Assembly: GCF_001194135.2 (NCBI RefSeq)
Contig: NC_069005.1
Location: forward strand, 19,223,260 to 19,287,259
From: Octopus bimaculoides
Lineage: Eukaryota
Reading direction: 5' to 3'
Length of the DNA stretch: 64,000 nt
Part shown: piece by piece, positions 26,829 to 39,267 of the stretch
How the letters are laid out: every line of letters begins with the position of its first letter
Numbering within the stretch: position 1 is the first letter of the stretch
The notes under the pieces: generated by a model
Told to the model about the DNA's origin: nothing
Database searches by the model: none
The model's input: the letters and a program-made list of their open reading frames with translations, nothing else
Made by a program: the position numbers and the translations under genes

Positions 26829-28487
26829 AATCATTTCAAACAACTGCTGTGTGTAGGATTGATTTAGCTATCAATCAAGCCCATCTTAAGAATTGCCATA
26901 ACATCTTTTGTCCTGAAAGGACTGGGCAATTTTCCTCTGCCGAATATGAGAGTGGGCTTTTTTTTGCTTTTTTTTTTTCCTGAAGATTGATATGTTCATC
27001 TTTGGTCAGGTCCTTGTCAACTTCAAGTTCCACTTGGCAAGACAAGGGTTTGGAGGAAGGTGAATTTTTTCAAAAGGTGAAAGAGCATAGTTAGAAGGCA
27101 CTTGCTCTTGATAGGTAGAGAAATCCTGGATCTGTGGGGTTCCTTGATTGACCCTAGGTAACTCTTTCCCACATTGAGATTCCTCATTTTATACTTTTAT
27201 AGTTTGGGCTTCCTTACTTGTTTTTCTTTCAAGAATCTCTCAAGCCGAGACTAAAATGTTTTGTAACATTTTACTGCTTTTTATATTCTGAGTTCCAATT
27301 CTGCCATGGTCGTCGTTTCTTTCAGAATTGGATGAAATTAAATACCAGTCATGTACTGAGGTTGATGTGAATGACCAACCTCCTGCCTTTGGATATCTGG
27401 CCTTTGTGCCTATGCTGGAAACAGTACTAATTAATTGGATGGTAGATTGACAGAATCATTAATCTTGCAGTATTTCTTTCTGTTCTTTATATTTTGAGTT
27501 CAAATCTTGCCAAGGTCGACCCGGCTTTTCATTTTTCCAGTTCATTCTAATCAACTTTTTCTCTCCTCTCAAATATCTATCTGTCCCTGTGTTCATGTTA
27601 GAAACTTAATAATAGATAGAAGGGCAGAACTGTTATGGTGTTGGTCAAAAAAAAAAGAAACCACCATTGGGTATTTGTTCCATCTCTTTGTTCTGGGTTC
27701 TAATCCTGCAAAGGTCAACTTTGATAGATAGGTGGTAAAGCAGCAGAAAGAATGCTTTATGGCATGTAATTCCCCTCCCCCCATCCAACCCATGCCCTTT
27801 TGTTCCTCAAAGGACCCCATAGAAGGATCAACAATCAAATGTTGAAGGTTGATCTGCTCAGCCATTGAATGTGACCTTGGGTCACACTAAAAGAAATCAT
27901 TCTTACTTGCCATGGTATTTCTCTCTCTCTCTCTCTCTCCTCTCTTCCCCCTCTATCCTTTTCCTTTCTCCCCATCCCCCTCTTTCTCACTCTTTCCCTT
28001 CCTCCTTTTCCTTACACCTCTCCCTTTTCCTCCTCAACCCTTCTCATTGGAATCTCTATTCAAAATCTCTTTACTTAATCACTGTACTGTTAGTTGTTTG
28101 ACCCTTCCCACCTACTTAGCAGCAGCAGCATCATCATCATCATTACAGCCACTGCTGCTTTGGTTCATTCCAAACTGTTTCATTTATCCTGGACCTCCAA
28201 GCAGTGTTATTATGGCTCTGACATTTAAGGGTCTGTGTCCTGTTTACACTAATTTAAGGCAGTAACATATATGTATGTATGTATGTTACTGCTTCATGTC
28301 TACCTTCTATGCTGGCATAGGCTTGGATGGGTCAACCTAGTTCAAGTCAATTCTTATTTAGTTACTGCAATATATATATATATTGTATTATACATAATGT
28401 GTGACATAGAGGTTATATATTGTATTTTATGTATGTGATATATCATATATACATTGATGTAATATATAAAAATATAAAATGTTACAG

Positions 28488-28625
28488 GTGTAGGTGTGTG
28501 CTAAGAAGCTTGCTTCCTAACCACATTATTCCGGGTTTAGATGCACTGCATGGCACCTTGGACTAGTGTCTTCTAATGTAGCCTCGGATTTGGATTTGGC
28601 AGATGGAAACTGAAAGAAACCCATC

Positions 28626-28677
<52 letters not shown>

Positions 28678-28893
28678 TTGAGTGTGTCTGTATTTGCACC
28701 CCTCCCCCGTCAATCGCTTGACAACCAATGTTGGTGTGTTTATGTCCGCATAACTTAACTGTTTAGCAAAAGGAACCAACAGAATAAGTACTAGGCTTAC
28801 AAAGAATGTCCTGAGGTTAATTTCTTTGACTAAAAACCCTTTAGTGCGGTGCTCCAGCATGACCGCAGTCAAATGACTGAGACAAGTAAAAGA
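28488..28893 (+). mobile_element. Major SINE, full length
   Basis: Internal (TA)n; tail GCAGTCAAATGACTGAGACAAGTAAAAG. Confidence 0.82.
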
Positions 28894-28918
28894 CTCTATA
28901 TATACATTATCTAAATGA

Positions 28919-28970
<52 letters not shown>

Positions 28971-29289
28971 ATTATTTAAATATGTATGTATATATTTGTA
29001 TATGGTTTGAAGGGTTATTTATTACTTGCTCAGGATTAAAATGGCATCGTTTGTATATAATTACGGTTATGTTGAAACAGGTGATATGGGAAAGTTCAGC
29101 ACTGACAACAAAACATTTGTGGAGTAAATGATGGGCTAATTTGTCTAAGCGATATGCTATGCGTCTGTTTGGAGTATTTCAGGCCCTAACCTGTGGGGGT
29201 TATTTGATTTTTGAACACACTGAGAAGCTGTCAGTGGATGTACTCTCTTTTGCAGCAGTCAGCGCTGTCTAACATGACCCATCATCTGA

Positions 29290-31286
29290 ATTGTCGACAC
29301 CTCCTTCGGGTTTGTTGTCCTAAATCACTCATAAAGTAAATTTAGAAGAACTGTGGTTGTTCATTTGGGGGTAACAGGGAACCAATGAGGTGATAGACTT
29401 ACCTTTGAACTTTGACGTTGTCATAAATTCATATTTATCTATCTTCTTAGATGCACCAAACAATGTCATTTGCAGAGTTGTATTGTCTGATATTGTTCAG
29501 AAAATCCTTTGACTGGATGGAAATGCCTTCTAGAAGATCTATAAGACGTTGATAAGGAGCTGGTAGTGCTGGCAATGTTACCTGACCGCCTGAGCAGCAT
29601 ATATTATTTGTTTCATTTGAAAATTTTAAAGCTCTACAGAAAACACAATTTGTATTTAGCACACCAATTTTAGACAGTTATTATTTTTATAAGAATGGGA
29701 TGGATCATATCTGAAAACGGCTTCAGGAGTTGTGAAGAATGAATTTGTATGTAGTCTGTTTCTGAGAGCTATTCTATTGGACCTCTGTCTAATCATTAAA
29801 ACATTGATCCAGCATTAAGTGCTGCAACATACATTTGCTGATCTTGAGAAAACCTCATCTAGCTTCTCTCTTCAGACTCTTGCCTTTGGTTTTCTACAAT
29901 CATCCTTGCTTTATGCTTGGTTCTTTGGTGGCATATTTTTCCCAATATTGTAAACAAAAAATTATGAACATAGAAAGAAATTATCCATTAATCCCTATTT
30001 TTGTAAGCAGTTGTATCCATAAAAATTTTATTTGCAGATAGTACAAATTGAGAAAAGAGAAAGCGAAAAGAACAGGAAGTGAAAGATGTATGTACGTCTA
30101 TATGAAATGGATGTGTGTGCGTGCGTGCTTGCACATGTATGTGAGAGAGAAAGAGGTTGAGAGAGAGTGAGTGAAGGTGTGTTTCGTGATGATTGATGTC
30201 TTTTAAGGTACACACACATATAGAAAGTGTCGGCGGCGAGCTGGCAGAAACATTAGCACGCCGGGCGAAATGCTTAGTGGTCTGCCGCTACGTTCTGAGT
30301 TCAAATTCCGCCGAGGTCGACTGTGCCTTTCATCCTTTCGGGGTCGATTAAATAAGTACCAGTTATGCACTGGGGTCGATATAATCGACTTAATCCGTGT
30401 TTGTCTGTCCTTGTTTGTCCCCTCTGTGTGTAGCCCCTTGTGGGTAGTAAAGAAATAACACATATAGAAAATGTGACATCATATAAAATTTTTACAATAG
30501 TTGATTTGTGGAAAAGATTGTTTAATTTTTGACATGTGAATGGAAATTAGCCAAAATAGTACTGAATCGTTTGATACGCCATACGTCAAAATATGTAACT
30601 TGGTTTTGGAAGGCATAAGGAATATATAATATATAGGACAGCATCTCGCATAACAATACAGACGTAATACTGAAATAGTGTAAGAGATAAGATTGCTCTG
30701 GGCTCGCATTAGGCAAGAAGCTGGAAATTGTTTTGGCCCATGACACTGCATGGACCTTGGCTTTTGTATTTGACACCTGTTGCTTTAAGTATTTTATTTA
30801 TATATATATGTATGTATGTATGTATAAGCCAGCAAGGGAGATCTCTACATGGTAGCAAGACCTTGTAGAAATAGCAGCAAAATCTCCCTCAAAGCACCCT
30901 ACTGTCTTAATCCGACAATTCTGTCTATTATGTAGTTTGAATGAGAAACTGTAACTAAAGATTAAGATTATTAACCCAACAGAGAGAAGAGAGACAGCAT
31001 AGCAACAGTTTTGGCTGACTGTCATCCTATACTCCCCTTGTTTCTTGCGAAATGGTATGTTCTGGCTGTCTGAGCAACTGGTTGTTTTAATGGTGGAACA
31101 AACAGGACATAAAGATTACAAAAATAGTGATTCTCACTTTGAAACTAACAATTTTGAAAATCTTTTTACATTACGGAATGCCCTGCTCTCATGTATCCAT
31201 GTTTAAAATTTCAGTGTGATCGGGTGAACAATACTCGAGTTATAAGCGCACAAACAGACAGACAGAACGGATTTTATATATTAAGA
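29290..31286 (-). mobile_element. Decayed Helitron (5' end plus N-terminal Rep/Hel relic)
   Basis: 5' terminus A|TCTTAATATATAAAATCCGTTCTGTCTGTCTGTTTG at 31286. Frameshifted relic MPPK (ATG 29934)...AVFRYDPS...IGVLNTNCVFCRALKFSNETNNICCSGGQVTLPALP...SKDFLNNIRQYNS/QMTLFGA.../VYHLIGSLLPPNEQPQFF*IYFMSD matches the Helitron Zn-finger/helitron-like N-domain pattern. 3' end not identified. Confidence 0.82.
30231..30457 (+). mobile_element. Young tRNA-derived SINE inserted in the Helitron
   Basis: GGCGGCGAGCTGGCAGAAAC...GAGTTCAAATTCCGCC (A/B boxes), CpGs intact, 13-bp TSD ACACATATAGAAA at 30214-30226 and 30458-30470. Confidence 0.9.
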
Positions 31287-31449
31287 TAAATCAAGACTGC
31301 TGTGCTGTTTTCCAGATGAAATAACTTGCAAATTGTATAGAATCTTTCAAAGTAAAAACTATGCTCTGCAATCAAACTTTTCTGATTGGCAGAAACTTAG
31401 CTATAAGATTAAATATGCCTGAATTGCTATATATATGTATAAATATATT

Positions 31450-31600
31450 TATGGGAGAGAGAAGTATTGCAGATAAACACATTTCGGCTTTATGTAGGCT
31501 CGAAACGTCAAAGACTTTCTCTATTCCCGAGCGTTAAACTAATACATCCATTTGTTTACACCACCTGTCTTCGTCTGTTTTTTTCGTAAATTCTCCCATG
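31450..31600 (+). mobile_element. (TA)n-flanked interspersed repeat; partial second copy at 41345-41436
   Basis: Shared tattcccgagc.t.a.actaatacatcc...cctgtc.tcgtctgtt...ttctccca, followed by (TA)n in both copies. Confidence 0.6.
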
Positions 31601-31666
31601 TATATATATATAATATATATATAATATATATATATAATATATATATATATATATAATATATATATA

Positions 31667-32069
31667 NNNNNNNNNNNNNNNNNNNNNNNNNNNNNNNNNN
31701 NNNNNNNNNNNNNNNNNNNNNNNNNNNNNNNNNNNNNNNNNNNNNNNNNNNNNNNNNNNNNNNNNNNNNNNNNNNNNNNNNNNNNNNNNNNNNNNNNNNN
31801 NNNNNNNNNNNNNNNNNNNNNNNNNNNNNNNNNNNNNNNNNNNNNNNNNNNNNNNNNNNNNNNNNNNNNNNNNNNNNNNNNNNNNNNNNNNNNNNNNNNN
31901 NNNNNNNNNNNNNNNNNNNNNNNNNNNNNNNNNNNNNNNNNNNNNNNNNNNNNNNNNNNNNNNNNNNNNNNNNNNNNNNNNNNNNNNNNNNNNNNNNNNN
32001 NNNNNNNNNNNNNNNNNNNNNNNNNNNNNNNNNNNNNNNNNNNNNNNNNNNNNNNNNNNNNNNNNNNNN
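31667..32069. other. Assembly gap (other gaps: 1889-1898, 50884-51083, 52728-53171, 55411-55565)
   Basis: N runs, mostly adjacent to (TA)n or young RTE sequence. Confidence 0.99.
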
Positions 32070-32409
32070 CGGTGAGGCCCAATGTACGAAGGTCTTGCCT
32101 CACCACCTCAGCCCAGGTCTTCCTGGGCCTACCACTTCCACGGGTTCCCTCAACTGTTAGGGTGTGGCACTTTTTCACGCAGCTATCCTCCTCCATTCTC
32201 ACCACATGTCCATACCAGCGCAATCGTCTCTCTTGCACGCCACAACTGATGCTTCTAATGTTCAGCTTTTCTCTCAAGATACTTACACTCTGACGGGTAT
32301 TCACATTGACATTACACATCCAACGGAGCATACTGGCTTCATTCCTTGCGAGCTTACGTATGTCCTCAGCAGTTACAGCCCATGTTTCACTGCCATGTAG
32401 CATGGTTGT
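32070..32409 (-). mobile_element. RTE-clade LINE 3' fragment, same family as 50507-51368
   Basis: MLHGSETWAVTAEDIRKLARNEASMLRWMC...RRLRWYGHVVRMEEDSCVKKCHTLTVEGTRGSGRPRKTWAEVVRQDLRTLGLT. The 3' end runs into the N-gap. Confidence 0.9.
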
Positions 32410-32683
32410 TAGAATGGAATTCATTCGAGCACTGCTGTGTTTTCTATACTGAGCTTATCTCGCTCTCACCTATTGACTCTCTGTGTGTGTGTGTGTGTGT
32501 AGTTCAAATTTACAGAAAAACAAAAGACAGACAGGTATAGGAACAACAAGCAGATGTATTAGTTTGACGCTTGGGAAAAATGGAAAAGTCTTTTCCATTT
32601 CGAGTCTACACTCCTCAATTGAAAGGAATGAGGGGAAAAATAGTGTAGAGTTCAGCAGTCCCATATATATATTATCATCATTA

Positions 32684-32802
32684 TTTAAAACAGTTTGATC
32701 TGGTCCCATACAAAATTTTGTAGGTATCTTACAGAAACCTAGCTCGTTGGGGTCACCTAGGTTTCTGTAAGATTGCATGGGGCCAAATCAAACTCTTTTA
32801 AA
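32684..32802. repeat. Fold-back hairpin (~119 nt)
   Basis: Perfect 17-bp inner stem (32726-32742 / 32757-32773), 13-nt bulge, ~29-bp outer stem with 4 mismatches. Confidence 0.9.
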
Positions 32803-33629
32803 CATTTAACTCCCATTAAATGTGTTGAATGTCGCTTTCTTTCATTGGTCCACACATCTTTGTATGTGTGTGTATGTACATATGCCTATGTATTATAAAT
32901 GCAGTTGTGGCTGTGTGATTAAGCTTGCTTCCTAACCATGTTGTTTTGAGTTCATTCCACTGTATGGTGACTTGGGCACAATCATGTGATGATTGTAAAC
33001 AAGCATCATCCTCATACATGAGGTGTTAATTTCCAGTCTTCCACAAAAATCATGTCTGGCCATGCTCCGAAACAGGTTATGGGTTGGCAACACAACAGAC
33101 ATCCAAATACCTCAACAAATTTCATCTAACCCATGCAAGCATAAAAAAGAAGACATTTGCCCAAGGTGATTTGTAGCAGAAGTGAACCCCAAACCAAATA
33201 TTTGGGAAACAAACTTTTTAATCACACACCTCTCTGTGATGGCATGGGCCTAGTTGTGTGGACTTGGAATTCACTTTGTAGCCATGTGGTTTTGTGTTCA
33301 GTCTCACTTTTTGAGGAAATGTTTTTATCTATGGCCTTTAGCTAACTAATTTCTTGTGAGTGGATTTGATATCAGACTTCTGTACAGATAGGAACTATAG
33401 GAAGCCTCTCATCTGTCTGTACGTGACTGTTTGAATATAATTATAGTGTATGGCCATTGCTAATGTCATGTGAATGGCACCTGTGAAATTGTAATCGTGG
33501 CCATTGCCAGTAGTGTGATCTTTGAATGTCAGGCCTTGCAGAGGCGATGTCAAGTGACAGACTTTTCATGATGTGCTGTGCTTGAGAAGACTCAAGTGAA
33601 ACCGTAGTTGTGGCTGTTGTCAGTGTCAT

Positions 33630-34395
33630 GTAAATGGCACCTGTGCCAGTGGTATGTAAAAAGCACCTATTACACCCTCGGAGTGGTTGGCGTTAGGAAG
33701 GGCATCCAACTGTAGTAACCATACCAAATTCAGACTGGAACCTTGTGCAACCCTCTGGCTTATCACTCAAACTGTCTAACCCATGCCAACATGGAAAGCG
33801 GGCGTTAGATGATGAATGATAAATTATATATACATTGCACCTATATATTATAGGTGCTGCGTTATAAGAAGTTTGCTTCCTAACTACATGGTTCTGGGTT
33901 CAGTCCCACTGCATAGCACCCTAGTAGCCTTGGGCAAACCAAAACTCTGATTGGATTTGGTAGGCAGAAACCAAAAGAAGCCTGTTTGTCTGTCTGTCCA
34001 TCCTACACACACACACACCACTTGGCAATCAGTGTTACTGTGTTTACATCCCTGTAACTTAGCAGTTCAGCAAAATGGTCCAGAAGAATATACTGAATAA
34101 ACTTGGAGCAATATGAAATGAAATATCTTGCTCAAACACACCATGCACTGCTCTGTCTAATAATCAAACCCATGACCTCATAATCACATTTATATATATG
34201 TATATATATATATATTTATATATAGTATCACATAAAATGCTCCCAGTACACATTGTAAAGTGGTTGGTATCAGCAGGAAGGACAGCCAGCTGTAGAAACT
34301 GTCAAAGCAGACAGAGCTTGGCACAGTCCCCCTGGCTTGCCAGTTCCTGTGAAACCATCCATTCCATGCCAGCATGGAAGATGGGCATTAAATGA
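33630..34395 (+). mobile_element. Cluster of RTE 3' ends (33630-33815, 34240-34395) and a major SINE (33855-34085)
   Basis: GAGTGGTTGGCGTTAGGAAGGGCATCC...GGAAAGCGGGCGTTAGATGATG, plus a SINE head. Confidence 0.7.
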
Positions 34396-34710
34396 TGGTT
34401 ATGTGTGTGTTTGTGTGTGTGCATGTATGTAATTATCATTTAACATCCACTTTTCCATTTTTGGATGGAAATTGGTTGAGATACATTTTCTACTACTGGA
34501 TGTTCCTATAATAATGTAATGCTGCCACATACCTATTTTGAAAACATTTTGTATCCACATATGTTCTTTCAGTACCTGAAACTAATGGTAATCAGCTTGC
34601 AGTTGATGTTCCTCACCAGTGTAACTGTCTCCTCACTTAGTTCACACTCTTTAGCTCCTTTCACTCTTCCTCTTTTTTTTCCTTTTTTTTACGTGTCCCC
34701 CCTCCCACTG

Positions 34711-34741
<31 letters not shown>

Positions 34742-35236
34742 ACCACTCTGCTTGTCTCACTTTTTCTTACTCTCCATCTCTTCGTCTCTTTCTGTTACTC
34801 TTCATGTCTCTATCTCCAGGTCTTCATGTCTCTTTGTTTTTATATCTCCTTTCTCTTTCCTCCTTTCTGTCTCTCTCCTTTTCACATCTTTGTCTGTGCT
34901 GTTCACCCCTCTCATTTTGTACATGTCCTTTTACCCCACCCTCCCGTCCACTAGTTGTCTGACTGGCTGTGTGTGCCTGTGTATTTCTACTGTCAGGTAA
35001 AATGTGACATGCCATTGTTACTGAGAAAATGTACAGCTGTTGTGTGTGTGTGTACAAGTGTGTGTGTGCAAGTGTGTGTGTGTACAAGTGTGCGTGTGTG
35101 TATGTTAAATTACAAACAAGGACTTTGAGGCTTTCCAAAAAAAATTCTGTAATTAAGCTGATTATATAAAACGGGTTAGACTACATAATATAATAGACAG
35201 TATATTTAGTAGCACACCTACACATGCACATAACAG

Positions 35237-35303
<67 letters not shown>
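35237..35303. repeat. (CA)n microsatellite
   Basis: Direct reading. Confidence 0.95.
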
Positions 35304-35304
<1 letters not shown>

Positions 35305-37524
35305 CTATAATGAATAAAACTGAACTCTATTATATCAAGTAATTTATATTATGTATTGGACTGGCAGAACTGTTAGAGTGTCTGGAAAAAATGTGTTTTA
35401 CTTTATGTCCAGAGTTCAAATTGTGCCGTCAACTTGTACTTTTGTGCTTTGTAGAGCTGATGATATAAAATAGCAGTTAGAGTATTGGGATCAGTATAAT
35501 CACTAATTACTTTGTCCCAAGAATCTGTGACTTTTTGCCTGTTGGAAACTGGTGCAGGTAGAGTGTTCTTGTGAGCTGAGGAGTTAGAACTGGGCAAAAT
35601 GGGTTTGTGCCAGTTCTTGTAGAGAAGATGGCCCCAATGTGGTGGGTAAATGAGTTGAGTAGGCCTGTTGGAATGGGGAACTTGAAATTTGACAGCTTCT
35701 GGATGCAGAAACTACAGTGATGGTGGTAGTAATAGTAAAAGAGGAACTGACAGGATAGGTCTTCTCAGTCAGGCCTGACCTGGGGCTAAATAACAACAGC
35801 AACCATCCAGCAGATGTCATCAGCTTGCATTGTGTGTTCTTACTAATGCAGCTGCCTCTTTGTTGCACATCAGCTTCTGCCTTGAATGTGCAGCTTCTGT
35901 CTTTTGTGTAAATCTTTACAACACATCCAATGGAACATTCCTCTCCAGGCCTCCCTCTTACCTTACCCCCATACTCTTTCATGCACACACACACACACAC
36001 TTCTGGTCATGCATCACAACTGCAGTATTACATTTCTCAGCTATATTATTTCATATTGTCTTCATACAGATTTTTTTCCTTTTTTATTTTGAAGCCCCAT
36101 TTTAGCCTTGATTGAGCAGGACAGACCTCTGTTGGTCATTCCAACCGTTGCCTTCATGTCTTACTTTATTTCCAATTACATAAACAGTGGGATGTGATGT
36201 GAGGAAGATTTGGCTGCTATTTCTAGCAGGCAACTGCTGTTGCCCCCCCCCCAAAAAAAACAACCCCTCTCCTTTATCTTCTCTTGTTCTTCTCTCTCAC
36301 TATCCCTCTCTTGTGTTAACCCCCCCTCTTTCTCTTTTCACAACCTGTTTCATACACTTTCTCTCTATCCAACTCCCTCCTCTCCGTACTAATCCACAAA
36401 TATATCAAGGGGAAACTGGGACAGTTACCATCCTTCACTGATGTAACATCTGTTTTTTCATGGCCATCATCATCACCACAATCACTCTTTACATGCAGTC
36501 TGTTGCCATATTAACTGTGCAGCTGCACCTGCCTCGGTGCATGTCAGTGGAACCATGTGCACTCTTGTATTTCTACTTGTAGACTAGCCAGAGAGGAAAG
36601 ATCATTGCTTGTGACCTTTAAAGGTCACACTGCTAAGCAGTGAGATTGATGTGGCCAACACCCAGCTGAACATGTGCAGTATAAACGCCTGTAGTCAGCA
36701 GATGGATGCACATACAAGAGGACCAAGAATGCTTCAAATGTGCACAGCAGGGACCTCTGCAAAAGACACCTAAAATGTGTACTGTGCTGTTAATCTGGGA
36801 GGCACATTAGACATACTATTCAAAACAGTGTGCCAACCACAAATCGTGGCATTTAACAAATGGGAACACATGTGCAGACATGACTGTGTGGTTAAGAAGC
36901 TCTCTTTACAACCACATGATTTTGGGTTCGATCCCATTGCACAGTACCTTGGGGAAGTGACTTCTACTATAGCTTCAAGCTGACCAATGCCTTGGTTGAT
37001 GGAAACTGTGTGGAAGCCATCGTGTGTGTGTGTGTGTGTATAGCTGTCTACCTCGCAATGTGCTTCTTTTTATTATTGTAGCTTTAGAACAATACCACTC
37101 TACCAGCTGAGTGGACTGGAGCAATATGAAATGAAGTGTTTTTCTCAGGAACACAACACACCACTGGTCCGGCAATCAAAACCACAATCTTGTGATCAGG
37201 AGCATAACACCCTAACCACTAAGCCACGCATATTTACATACACACACACGTGTGTGCGTCTTTGTCCCCATTTCTGTTTGACAACCAGTGTTTACATTGA
37301 GAAACAAGTCGCTGTGTGTATTGTGCTGCTCATAGTTCAGTTATAGACAACAGTAAGAACAAAACTTTAAAACAAATAAATGTACTAGGATCAAGATGAC
37401 TAAAAATCCTTCAAACCAGTAACTCCAGCATGGCTACTGTCTACTGACTGATGTGTAAAAGGAAATTCTAAGCAATAGACTTAGAATCAGTGGAGCATTG
37501 ATCGAAATGATTTGCAGTATCGAT

Positions 37525-37920
37525 TTGAGGCAGTGAACTGGTAGGATTCTTAGCATGCTGCACAAAATGTTTAGCAGCAGTCCATCCGTTTTAACATTCT
37601 GGGTTCAATCCTGTCATGATCAACTTTACTTTTCATCCTTCTGGGTTGATAAAAGTACCAGACAAGTTCTGGGGTTGATACAAACAACTGTCTCCTCTAA
37701 ATTTCAGGTCTTTTGTATCTGTTAGAAACCTTTATTACCTTAGTTGTAAAGGCAGTGAGCTGGTAGAATTGTTAGCATGCCGGACAAAATGCTTAGCAGC
37801 ATTCTGTCCATCTTTACATTCTGAGTTCAAATTTTGCCAAGGTCGACTTTGCCTTTCATCTTTTCAGGGTCATTAAAATAAGTATCAGCTGAGCACTGGG
37901 GTTATTGTAATCAACTTGCT
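37525..37920 (+). mobile_element. Two tandem degenerate copies of the SINE family seen at 30231
   Basis: GGCAGTGAGCTGGTAGAATTGTTAGCATGCCGGAC...GAGTTCAAATTTTGCCAAGGTCGACTTTGCC. Other relics at ~24410, 25720, 27480, 35360 and 57010. Confidence 0.72.
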
Positions 37921-38776
37921 CTCTCCCTGGTGCCAAAATTTGCAACCAATATTTGTTTACAGCCCTTTATATTGTGAGTTCAAATCTTAAGTGGGTCAAT
38001 TTTGATTTGCTTTCATCATTCCAAGCTTCTTCATCTTAACATTCACTTTTTCATGCTCTCATGGGTCAGATAAATTTGTTGATGCAGATTTTTTACAGCT
38101 AGATGCCCATCCTGTCACCAACCCTCACTTGTTTCCAAGCAAGGTAATATTTCCCCATGACTAAATGTGTTTATCACTGAAGGTTGGAAATGGACACCGC
38201 TTGCATGACAATGACACTCGTTTACATCTCATCCAATGTTAAAGCAAGAAGACACAATACAATATAGATACCAACCAAGACCTGAAAGGGAGTGGGTGTA
38301 GGTTTGTTTTGCTCCCTTAATTTTCTCTGCATCTGTGGAATTGTGTCTTAGAAATCAATATTATTGAGGGTGAATGAAATGATTGGGTGTTTGAATGGGT
38401 TGAATATCCTACATTCCAAGTGGATGCTGTCCTCTACACTTCTCATCTTTAATGTCTTGGCCAGATGGAGACTTGAAGTTGATGAAATTCCTCAGCATGA
38501 ACTGTGGACTACAGTGTATTCACCCTCACTCACATATATTCATTCTCTCTCTCTCTCTCTTTCTCACACATTCTCTTGCATTCTGTCACTCTCACAATCT
38601 CCCTTCCTCTCTCTCAGGCACACTCATACAGTCAGGCATGCACACATACAAACACAAACACTCTTGCACACACATTGGTTTATTTATGTTAACCAGCTGT
38701 AGGTAGTTTGTCAGTAAATAAATTTCTCTTGTCTTCTGTAATATCATCACTGACAATGAGGACCAGCTGATTCTTT

Positions 38777-38836
38777 AGTAGTCAGCTAGTTTTCTGTTAT
38801 ATATATATATATATAACAGAAAACTAGCTAACTACT
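38777..38836. repeat. 60-bp near-perfect palindrome centred on (TA)n
   Basis: AGTAGTCAGCTAGTTTTCTGT(TA)nACAGAAAACTAGCTAACTACT, 1 mismatch. Confidence 0.92.
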
Positions 38837-38860
38837 CAAATGTGTGTCCATGAATGTGCA

Positions 38861-38930
<70 letters not shown>

Positions 38931-39267
38931 ACATAACATGATCATGATAAACTATAAATATTTGGAGAAAAGTACCACTCTAGTACAAAATCTTGTGACT
39001 GATCTTTAATTCATGCTAATTCCATAACTTACAAAGAAGGACCAACACTATCCTAGACGCGTGAAGCAAATCAAATAGAGCAGTCACAACATAAATACAT
39101 TTAACGTGAGTGGAGAATTACCCTTCAGTCACCAATTGAATCTCATTGCTATTTGGACACCTGAAGGTAGGGTCTACTTCTGATGGTGCCAAGCAGCATT
39201 AAAGAAAAATGTAGTTTAACACTGTTAAAAATTTGTGCTAGGAATACAAATACATATATATATATAT

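Noticed and set aside
29130-29160. Candidate Helitron 3' end
   Set aside because: No clean hairpin plus CTRR|T
31534-32424. 296-aa ORF and other long ORFs spanning N-runs (50639, 50642, 52663, 55284)
   Set aside because: Length is inflated by gaps; the real parts are RTE fragments or microsatellites
35820-35965. Possible old RTE/CR1 C-terminal relic (RGRP motif, minus strand)
   Set aside because: Too degenerate to assign
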